Source: Geosiphon pyriformis uo1 (lineage: Eukaryota; Fungi; Glomeromycota). Taken from it: 64,000 nucleotides of DNA. Positions 1 through 10,518 of this stretch are shown one piece after another. Where the stretch lies: assembly GCA_016748015.1 (NCBI GenBank), contig JAAOMT010000518.1:372001-436000 (forward strand), read 5' to 3'. How positions within the stretch are numbered: the first letter of the stretch is position 1; each line of letters starts with the position of its first letter. A program made the translations under genes and the position numbers. Below the pieces are notes generated by a model that worked only from the letters and a program-made list of their open reading frames with translations, made no database searches and was not told the origin of the DNA.

Positions 1-3000
1 AAAAACTTTCTATTTTTTAAAGATTTATTAATATAAATAATAAAACCTCTAAACTAAATTCCATGTAAATATTTCTGAACAGTTAAAAATTTATTAAAAT
101 TTAAAATATTGTGGATATTATAAATTAAAGATATGTTTAACAAGTTAAAATTAGGGCTGATTATAAACTTATAAATTAAATCAAACTAATAAAACATCAG
201 ATTTTTTAGATTTAATCTTTTTTAGTGACAAAATATTTTTTAATTTATAATTATACTATGCTTATTCAATAGTTTGTTATTAAAAGTCATACTAAAATGC
301 TTTAAAGAATTAACTGTACTATAATAATAAAAAATCTTCAAAATAATTAACATCAAAAACTTGTTAAGATTATAGAAAGCACTAAACATATTATTAGCCA
401 ATAAAATTTTATTGTTCAAAAAAATCTTAAATATGTTTACAAAAAAATTGTTTATTAAACTAATTTTTAATTTCACAAAAAACTGTAATAAATTTATTGA
501 TACTTATTTCAATATTTGTAAATTTAAAAACTAATAATTAAACAAATGTTCAAGAATTCTAGCAATATTAAAGAAAGCAACCAATAAAACTATTTTGCTT
601 TTCATTTGTATTTGCTCAAAAGTTTTTAGATTATATAAAAAAAAAAATATAATAATTTATTAAGAAAATTCCTTAACAGATTAACTTTGATTTTAAGTTC
701 TTTTTTTATAAAAGCATTTTATTTGCTATATACACTTTTTGAAATAAAACTGAATTAAGTTTTATAATTAATAATTGGTTGCAAAATAGCCAAAACCAAA
801 TAAAAAAACTGCTTATTTGACAAAGTTTTCTTTAATACTATATTAAAAAAAATCTGATATTTGAATGTATCTTAATTAAACTTAATTTGAATATATTTTT
901 AGTTAACAAAAAAATTCTTAAATATTTGTAAAGCTTATTTTTTTTTGCTATTATAATTAGCAGCTTATTAATAAATAAAAAAGCAATTCCAATTCTTTGA
1001 TTAGTAAAAATAGTTACTATCTTTTTATTGTTATCAAAACATTATTAATAGAAAAAAACTCACTAATAATATCTAAAATATATTGTGTAAATGTATAACT
1101 ATTTTTTATCTAAATTATATTATCAATAAAAGTACTAGCTGTAAAAAATAAAGTTCTGTTTAAACTAGTTTCTATTTTTTCTGTCTTTACAACAAACTTA
1201 ATATTTATACAGTATTTATATAAATGTTTATGTTTTTTAATCTTGTACAAAAAAAAATTATAGAATATTTTCCAAAAAAAAGATGAAAAAATCTTATCTT
1301 AACCCAAGTTATTATGTATTTTGTACTTATTTAAAAACCTAAAATTAATTATTATTCTATTAATTTTATTTTTGTGTAAATTGCCAAAAAATTTAATAAA
1401 CTTTTTACATATTTTTATCTGTTTTAAACTCTGTTGCAGATGAATTTAGCCAACAAAATTATAAATCTTATGGATATTTTGCAAAACTAATTATATTTTT
1501 TTTCTTTTTTTCAAGGTATTTTTAACAATAAACTTATAACAAAAATTAAAGTTTGCATAAAAATGTCTTTAAGCATTAAAAAATTGTTTTCATAAAACAT
1601 ATTAAATTTGCTACAAGCAAAAAAAATACAGTCTGACAAAATTTTTAATAGAATTTTTCTAATTGTTTTAATTAAAGCTATAGATTTAGTATTTGTTAAT
1701 ACTTCTTTTTACTTATATAACTTTGAAATTATAAACATTCAAGCTCTTTTTCAAGATACAAAAACCAATTCTAAAACCAAACAACTGTTTAGTAAATTCA
1801 AAAGAAATTTTAGAATATTACTGCTGTTATGTTTTTATAATTTATTTAAGATATTAAAAAAACTAACTGCTTTACTATTAAAAAAATATTTAATTATGTA
1901 CTCCAATTTATCAAAACTAATTTTTATTATTATTTTAAAAAACACATTATTGTTTACATAATTTAAAAGCTTATATTGACAGAACCAAAAATTAAAATAG
2001 TTTTTAGTATTAGATAATCTTAGTCTAATTTTTTATAATATTATCTATCTTATTTTTTATTTTATTTAGTTTCAAAACCAAGTTGTTTTTAATCACCAAA
2101 TAATTAAACACTACTTTTCAAAATGGCCATTTTAAAATACCTTCAATTATATAGTCTTTGTTTATACAAAATTTTTTTATTCTTTTATTAATAACTTTCC
2201 TAATAGCCAAAGTCTTAGTGAACTTTAATTTTCAAAACTTTAAAACACAATATTTTTTTTTGGCTATATATAAATTATTTTATATCTAATTAGAAATTGT
2301 ATACTAAAAGCTCTAATATTATCAAGTTTTAATTATATATTTATAAGACAACCAAAATTGAAAGCATTATTAAAAACAAAAATCTTAACAATCTTAAAAA
2401 CCAAAACTTTTAATTTGAAAAATTTAAAAAACTGCTTATTTTTTAAAGTATTGAACTCATTATATTAATGTTTAAAAAATACTTTATTTGCTGAATTTAC
2501 CAATACTTTTTTTAAGATATCTCATATTATATCTAATTTATTTTACTTTTTTGTATTTTAAAATTTGTATAAGATTAAAAACAAACTCAATAACAAACTC
2601 TTTTTAAAATATGTCCATTTTATTTTATTAGCATTTTTTATACCAAACTTTCAATAATTTTAATTAGTCTATTTGTATATAGTATTTAGACAAATATTCA
2701 AAAAACCATTTAATTTAAAGAAAATTAATACAGCTTTGTAATTTGTGTTAAAAAACTTGAACATATTAGAAATTTTATAACTAATAATTATTAACAAAAA
2801 ATAATTATTGACAAAATATAATCAATAGTCTTTTTTACTTTTTTTAAGTTGCTTTAAGTAAAAAACTTAGCAGAAAATTTTTCAAAAAACAAGCTATGTA
2901 AATTCAAATCAGAATATTTTTTAAAACTAGCACTTTTTTTAACTTATTCTTATTGAAATTACATTCTATTACCACATAAAAACTTAAACTAATTGTTTTG

Positions 3001-3019
3001 GCAATAAAAAATTTAATAT
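1..3019 (-). mobile_element. Decayed non-LTR retrotransposon (LINE), copy 1, 3' part of ORF2 (end of APE, RT); runs off the window's left edge
   Basis: Minus-strand translation through stops gives RT core 'TLFFTASTFIDNII*I' (~1105-1150, decayed FVDD) and APE region 'KFFIAKTISLSFYVVIECNFNKNK..ASFKK' (~2900-3015). Colinear with the copies at 36.4-43.2 kb and 49.8-56.9 kb. Confidence 0.85.
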
Positions 3020-3686
3020 TGTTATAGTTAAAACTCATACTTTTTATTAATTATCACATGTATTAACCATTGATGTCATATAATTAGCCACCCTATTTTT
3101 AGATAATAATCATTGACCTGATCAATAATCTGACTATTGATCTGATTATTGACTTAGTCGTTGACTTGATTATTAATCATTTTTAATAGCTATATAAGCA
3201 ATAAATCTCTTAACTGTAAAAAAACATGTCAGAAATCAAGAAAATCAAATAAATAAAATAACAACTTTTATCTTAATTCTTTTCTTATCACTAATTTCTC
3301 TTTTCTTACCTTCAAGTATCCAAACATTTTGGAATAAAAAATTATTTGTTGATTATTTTTTACCCTTTTTCTGAAATGTGTAATTGTAGTATTTAAAGAC
3401 TATTAAATAAAATGTGACTAAAGAATATATCTAATACCTAATATTGAATTCTAAAAGTGCTAACATGAGACATAAAATTATATCAATGTGTGATTATTTG
3501 TTAATAGTATAGACTATTCCTTTACCTTCAGATTCTCTGGGTATTTTTTAAAAAGTATAATGACTGAGATATTTTATGAGACTGATCTCACATATTGAAT
3601 CCATACTTATTCAATTCACTCTTTGAAGTTGAATTCTCTTTAATTCTTTTCATTACCCTATAATTTTGTTTTCTTTTGCTATTCAT
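3020..3686 (+). repeat. LTR family B (solo LTR, main part); its last 29 bp lie at 10490-10518
   Basis: Starts TGTTATAG (3020); the far piece ends CTGTAACA (10518). 4-bp TSD ATAT at 3016-3019 and 10519-10522. Removing 3020-10522 restores the LINE frame (QTENI|KFFIAKT). Contains TATATAAG and AATAAA motifs and a 12-bp tandem array. Confidence 0.75.
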
Positions 3687-3926
3687 TGTTACTCATAGAA
3701 TATAAAAAGTATATTAGCACATAAATTAGCCAATTAAAAGTAGTCATAGTAAAATGTGGAATTCCAGGATTCCTCTCAAAGGAATTATAGGATTCCTGGT
3801 ATAAAGAATTGAAGAATTAAGAAATTTCAATTATGTATATATATTGGTAGCATTAGAAGTAGAAAAAGACAAACCTCTCAGTTTAGATTTGATCTAAGCA
3901 ATCTTCCACATCACAAATATTAATAA
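3687..3926 (+). repeat. 5' LTR of the family A element, truncated after 240 bp
   Basis: Aligns to 9759-9975 with 24 substitutions and one 23-bp indel; similarity stops at AATAA (3926). Confidence 0.9.
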
Positions 3927-4206
3927 GGAATTCTTATATCTCAATTTGTAATCAACAAATGTCATAAATTATATATTATAAAAGAAAGAAATTTACTAAA
4001 CCAGGATTATTTACCCATTCATAAATTATCAAATCATTAAATCCAAATATTATTAAAAAGATTTTGTTAATTAGGAATTTTTAACCTTATTTGTTTTAAA
4101 AATAATAAAAAATATGTTATAATAAAATATAATATGTGTATACACAACTAAATTAAAATCAGAACCAAAAATTTAAAAATACTAATAAGCTAAAAATATA
4201 TGTTTG

Positions 4207-5034
4207 CTAATAATCAGCATCTCTGAAATCTTGACCAGATAAGGTAATACCAGACAAAACATTCATACTACCATGTCCACTTCGATGACCTGCACCAGAA
4301 CCAGACATGCCCATATTTTGACCACTACCACCGTATTGATCATTTTGATTAACACCAGAACCAGGGAAACCACCTGAGAAAATCCTACCACTTTGCTGAC
4401 CACCATAGTTTAAACCTAAATGAAATGCTTCTTTAACTATTGGAGATTAATGTCCATGTTCAGACACATCTAAATTTTCCAGATTATTATATAGGGCCTT
4501 GTCATTGCCATGATCCGATCCATTACCACCTTGACTATCACTATTGCCACCACAACTAAGACCATATAGAAAGTCTGAATCTCAGCAATATGTTTGCTCA
4601 AATTTTACTCTATTATATATGAGATTCTTATCCAATAAAGCTTTTTTCAGATCTTCTATTATATGTTGGATGAATAATCTTTCATTACTACTACTCGAAA
4701 AAAAACTAACATAAGTCATTGAATGATCTGTTCTACTTATCAAATTAGTATTGTTATTCTCTCTAGAAGTCAATAAAGACCTAAGGCAAATCATAAGACT
4801 ACACAAAGGATTATCATTAAGGTTGACATTTAAAAAACCCCATGTAACTTGATGATTGATATTACATGAAAATGTAATTCAGCTTAACACCACCAATGTG
4901 TTGGTTTTAACTTGCTGAACTATTATGTCTGCATTTTGCAAACTGTTAACAAAGGTAACGAGATTATCAAGAGCACACTACTGTTTGTTATGGAATTGTA
5001 TTTGATTGTAAACTGATCTAATAACATAAGACAT
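4207..5034 (-). pseudogene. Decayed tobamovirus/virga-like (TMV-fold) coat-protein gene with a Gly/Ser-rich C-terminal extension; candidate endogenous viral element
   Basis: One frame of 276 codons from ATG 5034 to TAG 4207, with 4 internal stops each one transition from a sense codon: MSYVIRSVYNQIQFHNKQ*CALDNLVTFVNSLQNADIIVQQVKTNTLVVLS*ITF...NLNDNPLCSLMICLRSLLTSRE...IQHIIEDLKKALLDKNLIYNRVKFEQTYC*DSDF...GGQQSG..GGFPGSG..YGGSG. Order and spacing of motifs match TMV CP as I recall it. Confidence 0.6.
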
Positions 5035-5161
5035 TTTTAAAAAAAAATTTTTTGTTTGTTTATATAATCATTTGTAATGTGTATAAGATTTCGGGTTTTT
5101 ATGTTTATATGGTTATTTGTTTATTTGTTATATTTACCGATAATAAAATAATTTGTGATTT

Positions 5162-8100
5162 CAATATTGTAATGAGTATGATCTCATTTACAATCCACTG
5201 ATCTGCATAATCTACATAATCTCAGAAGAAGAAGAACCAATTAGCAGCTGCACATCGGAATTGGAATCAACTTTCAATCCCAATTTAAACTCTGACAACA
5301 ATGACAACAAAAACAATGGTTTTAGCTCTACTCAATATGGCATGGAAAATAATAGCAATTCAAACTTCGATTCAAACCCCAAAACATACATTGTGCTTCC
5401 TGATCTTTTCAAAAAACAGGAACTTAAATAGTATAGTGACAACAATGAAGGTATCATGCCAGAATGTACACATGATACAGATGCAAGATTTGATCTAAGG
5501 TATTCAGAAAAAGACGCCATCAAATTGAAACCACATTCATGCACCTGCATTGATCTCAAAATAGCACTAGAAATCCCAGCAACAACAATAGTTTAATTAG
5601 CATCTAGGAATAGTTTAGCAAAAAAGGGAATCAACATCAAAGGAAAAATAATTGATGCAGAATATGTAGAAAACATCATTGTAATGCTACAGAATAATTC
5701 TGAAAAGACCTATATCATAGAGCCAAATTAAAAGATAGCACAGACAATATTCCTACCTCTAGTAAAAATAGCTCAGTTAGTGTTAGTGGGAAACAGGAAA
5801 CAATTAAGAATTATAGCTAGAAGGATACAGGGTTTTGGATTCACAGATAGAATAGATGTACCAATTAATATGGCAAAGGAAGAAATTGTTGACAAAGGAG
5901 AAATTATTTCTACCTATCAACCAATTTCCATTCTATTATATGACCAGTACATGGTAGTTATAAAGAGAAAAGTAAAAGATCAAGTTTAGATTTTTGAGGC
6001 AGAAGCAACACTTTGTAAATTAAGAGAGATTGGATTAGTTAATCTATATATACCAGCCAAAAACCACAGTCACATCAAAATTCCCATTTACAACAACACG
6101 AAAAATGTCATCAAGATACCAGAAGGAACTACTATTGGATACTTAACCACCAAACTTGAAGACTAACTGCCAAACACCATTCCAAACTTTCTACAACTGT
6201 GTAGATATGTAAATATTACATTTCAAACCATATACAGATGAAAAAAATGTTATTTGCTCCAAACAGAACAATTGGAACAGATAAACTTGGGAAACTTAGA
6301 CTCATTCCAATGGATACAATTCAAAATGTTACTTAACAACTTCAATAACATCTTTGCCAGTGAAAACAAATTTGGTAGAACTGATATAATCTAGCATCAG
6401 ATCAAGACTGAAAATGCAATACTAATAAAACAAAGATCATACAAAGTACCACTAGCTAGCCATGAGATTATTTGTCAAAAAATCAACCAGATGCTTGACA
6501 ACAGACTAATTCAGCTATCAATAAGCTCATGATTATTACCAGTAGTACTAGTTCATAAGAAAAATAGAAAAATCTGCTTTTGTGTGGATTACTGGAAACT
6601 GAATGGAGTAACAAAAGAAAATAGTTATCCAACTCCAAAGATCCAAAAACTTTTTGATGCTTTTAGAAAAAAGAAATAATTCTCAACATTAGACTTAGAC
6701 AGTAGTTATTGGCAAGTAGCCATAAAACCAGAAAATAAAGAGAAAACAGCTTTTACAACTTGAAAAGGAAATTTCGAATTTAAAGTGATGCTATTTGGCT
6801 TAATGAATCCTCTGGCCACTTTCCAGTGACTTATGGAAATTGTTTATACTGGGCTACTATGAAAATCAGTAGTTATATACTTAGATAACACCAATGTGTT
6901 CTCAAAAACATTTGATGACCATCTGTATTATCTTTAACAAGTATTTAAAAGACTCAGACAAGCAGGATTAAAATTAAATACAAACAAATGCTTTTTTGGC
7001 AAAACTAAATTCAAGTTTTTGGGACATGTTGTGAGCAAAGACAGTATCAAAACAGATCCAGACAAAATTAAGATTGTTAAGAACTTTCTAGTACCAAATA
7101 ATCTCACAGAATTAAGAGCATTTTTGGAATTTGCTGGATATTACTGCCACTTTATTAAAAACTTTTCCAAAATAGCTTAACCACTATACTAACTCCAAAC
7201 AAAAAACACCAAATATGAGTAGACTGAAATCCAACAAAAAATCTTTGACACACTAAGAAGAAAACTTATTTAAGCTTTAGTATTAATCTATTTAGATCAC
7301 AATAAACCATTTATTATCACTACTGATACATCAGGCCAAGCATTAGGAGCAGTACTATCACAGAAAAGACTGAATGGAAGAGAATATCCAATAGCATATG
7401 CCAGTAGAAGCTTAAGTCTAGCAGAAAAGAACTATAAAACTCCAGCACTAGAACACTTAGCTATCTATTGGGCTGTCATCAAATAGAAAAAATACTTGAG
7501 TCAAAAGTTTGATGTGTATACTGATTACAAAGGATTGACTTCAATTCAGAAACAAGAATTTGGAGATGATTGTCATGCCAGATAAAAAATAGAACTTTTA
7601 CTATTTAATTATACAGTACATTACAAAAAAAGAAAAGAAAACAGAAATGCTAACGGATTGTCACAAATAAGACAAATCTAAAAACATTTCAACCCAAAAA
7701 TATAACAAAAAATGAATATACAAAAATATTAACAACTCCAATATTATATAAATACCAAATTGTTCAAGAAGAAATTATTTCAAAAGAAACAAAGAAACAT
7801 AAAACAACAATCAAAATATTTTATCAACCATCAAAATATACTTTACTGAAAGAACAAAAGAAATCTAGATCAACCAATCAGAGAAAGAGACAATATTATT
7901 TAACATGCACTCAGATCCAACAGCAGAACATTTTCATAAAAAAACAACCATGGAAAGAATTAAAAAAAGATACTATTGGCCATCAATGTATCTAAACATT
8001 ATTTAATATATTCAAAATTGTAATGCTTGTCAAAGAAAAGGTGGAACAAAACTCAGTAAACTATTAAGACTAATCAAAGTGAAACAACTATTTGATCATA

Positions 8101-9071
8101 TTAAAATTGACTTAGTTGGACCATTAACAATCATTAGCAGAAGCAACAGATATATTGCAGTAGCCATAGATTATTTCATAAAATGGCCAGAAGCAAAAGC
8201 CATTCAAAGAACAGATGCAGAATCTATTGCCAAATTCATTCATTAAGATTTAATTTGTCAACATAGATGTCCAAAAGAACTACTATTAGATCAAAGAACT
8301 CACTTTGTGAATAGAACATTGGCGGAATTAAGTCAAAGATTTGGAATAAAAAGACCATTATTATTCCCATATTATCCACAAACAAATGGGCTAGTTAAAA
8401 AGTTTAACAGAACATTGTGTGAAGCCATTGCCAAAATCAGCCAAAAAAACTAGGACAAATAAGATTTGATTATACCATCAGTATTATTTGCTTATTGGAC
8501 AATAAAGCAAGACACTACACAAACAACACTATTTGAATTAGTATACAGTAGAACAGCAACATTACTAGTTAAGATAGAAGTCAAAACATATTCAACAGAA
8601 CCAATAACAAAAGAAAATTTTCAAAGAACATTGTTAAGAAAAACATATAACTTAATGGAAACACTAGAAAACACATGGCAAAAAGCAGCTGATAACATCC
8701 AAAAGTTACAAGAAAAACAAAAAAAAAGACACAATAACCAACTATCAGAAAAACCAGTTGAATTCAAGATTGAAGACAAAGTACTTTTACATCATACTAA
8801 AGTGAAAAAACAATGGAGTGGAAAATTTGATTCCAAATGGGACAGACTATTTCACATAAAAAAAATTCTTGGAAATAGAACTTATAAATTAAGGTGGAAC
8901 AACAAAATCTTAACCAAGGCAGCACATAGTGATTAACTGAAACAATATCACCATAAAGCATTATCATCTACCAATAATATTCCACAATTAGGAGTACAGA
9001 AAATATTAGTTAAACCAGATGAGATTTTATAAGATCAAGAACCAATTATAATTATTGAACCAAACATGTAA
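5162..9071 (+). pseudogene. Decayed Gypsy pol: dUTPase (~5450-5850), RT (~6400-7050), RNase H (~7300-7660), integrase (~7900-8940)
   Basis: RT: CFCVDYWKLN, FSTLDLDSSYWQV, MLFGLMN, YLDN at 6878 (decayed YLDD), KFLGHVV. RNase H: TTDTSGQALGAVLSQ, IAYASRSL. Integrase: H-SDPTAE-H...C-NA-C zinc finger, IDLVGPL, LLDQRTHF, PQTNGLVKKFNRT, WDRLF (GPF-like). Confidence 0.92.
5450..5850 (+). pseudogene. Retroelement-encoded trimeric dUTPase domain (decayed)
   Basis: All five dUTPase motifs in order and in the RT frame: DARFDL (5480), ASRNSLA, GKIIDAEYVENI, KIAQTIF, RRIQGFGFTD. Confidence 0.88.
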
Positions 9072-9131
9072 AATTTAACAACCAAAAGAGTATATAAAGA
9101 CATAATATATGTGACAAAAGACAGCAGAAAA

Positions 9132-9738
9132 ATGGAAATTACTGACAGCATTTACTCATTAGCACAACAACTGTTTCAACTAATCCAACAACAAGAGATG
9201 GAAATTACAATCAACTAACAAACTATCAGATACACAAACACCAGAAAAAGACCACGAGATAAAATACAGAGGAAAATAGAAAACACTGTAGACAAAATAA
9301 TCACAAAAGTGAAATTGACAATAAAAACACAATCAAAAGTTACCCAATATCAAGAGTTGACTATAAAAACTTGGAATTGGTGGATACAACAATTTTCAAG
9401 AAACTTTTGTTACTTTTATTTGGGACAACACTTGAACATTCAGGACTTGTATATGGATAAAACAAAACGATTATTTGATACAACAATACTGGAACAACTG
9501 GAACAATTTGACCACACAAGCAAGAGCCATTTATCAGCTACACACTGGATTTCAAAATCGACCAGAAATCTTACTTAATCCAGAAATAAACTCTATTATC
9601 ATTAACCAAATGGGAAAAATAACCAACACTCAATTTGAAGAATTACAGAACAAGATAGCACAAGTAATTCTTGAAAAAAAAGTTCAAGAAATACTTAAAG
9701 ACAGAAAATTAGAATTAGGAGATCTCAATGGAGCTTAA
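9132..9738 (+). pseudogene. Accessory ORF3 of the Gypsy element (unknown function, ~200 aa; one internal stop and one frameshift)
   Basis: ATG 9132 is in frame with ORF 9309-9578; shifts into ORF 9475-9738, which ends 4 bp before the PPT. Confidence 0.55.
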
Positions 9739-9742
9739 TATT

Positions 9743-9758
9743 AAAAAGGAGAGAATAA
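9743..9758 (+). promoter_or_regulatory. Polypurine tract (plus-strand primer)
   Basis: AAAAAGGAGAGAATAA directly 5' of the TGTTAC start of the 3' LTR. Confidence 0.85.
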
Positions 9759-10489
9759 TGTTACTCATAGAATATAGGAAGTATATTAGCACATAAATTA
9801 GCCAATTAAAAGTAACTGTAGTAAAATATGGAATTCCAGAATTCTTGGTGTGAAAAATTGAGGAATTGAGGAATCTCAATTATGTATATATATTGGTAGC
9901 ATTAGAAATAAAAAAAGACAGACCTTTTAGTTTAGATTTGATTTAAGCAACCTTCCACATCACAAATATCAATAAATAATTATTCACTATCTTAATCCCC
10001 TTTTTACTCTCAATGCTTCATGTTGATAGTAATTGATACTTAAATCACACTGAAACAATAGCTCTTGATCATGGCTATTAACAGGATACTAACATGCAAA
10101 TTGCCTTGGCTTATTTTTTTTATTTTTTTTTATTTTCTTTTCTTGCTTTATTTTTTTTATTAATTTGATTAAAAAAATATACATACAGAAGTACTGATAT
10201 CAGAATATAGCACAGATAAAAGACCCAAGAATAAGAGTAGACACTCGAAATTAAGAATATCTTACCAGGAAAATTACTGGCCATTATGCTGAGAAAGAAA
10301 TTGACAAAACTGTGGTTTCGGAAAGCTACAGATAAAATTATAAATTAAATCTCTATCTATTATACAAAGAACTCAACCAAAACCTTTAAACAAACAACAT
10401 TTTTAGATATCTCCAAGAATTTCAATCAATTAAGCACCAAGTTATGAGTTTGTTATTTGATTTGAGACCCCAAATAATTATCTGTAACA
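9759..10489 (+). repeat. 3' LTR of the family A element (~730 bp)
   Basis: TGTTAC...GTAACA inverted ends; homologous along its length to the solo LTR at 52960-53766. Confidence 0.88.
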
Positions 10490-10518
10490 CTATTAGCTTG
10501 TTATTCCAATCTGTAACA

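Larger units (their letters stand above)
3687..10489 (+). mobile_element. Decayed Ty3/Gypsy-type LTR retrotransposon (family A): truncated 5' LTR - foreign cargo - [dUTPase-RT-RNaseH-integrase] - ORF3 - PPT - 3' LTR
   Basis: Direct repeats at 3687-3926 and 9759-9975. TGTTAC...GTAACA termini. RT-RH-IN order is the Gypsy order. PPT directly precedes the 3' LTR. Confidence 0.92.

Noticed and set aside
240-1961. K/I/F/N-rich ORFs in AT-rich blocks (also in 36-58 kb) as host genes
   Set aside because: They are stop-free fragments or antisense frames of decayed LINEs.
3111-3178. CRISPR-like array
   Set aside because: Contiguous 12-bp tandem units with no spacers, in a eukaryotic LTR.
7676-7720. 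Integrase as a separate ORF (stops after RNase H, then ATG at ~7712)
   Set aside because: The ATG is in the RT frame and both TAA stops are one C>T from CAA, so decay of a continuous pol explains them equally well.
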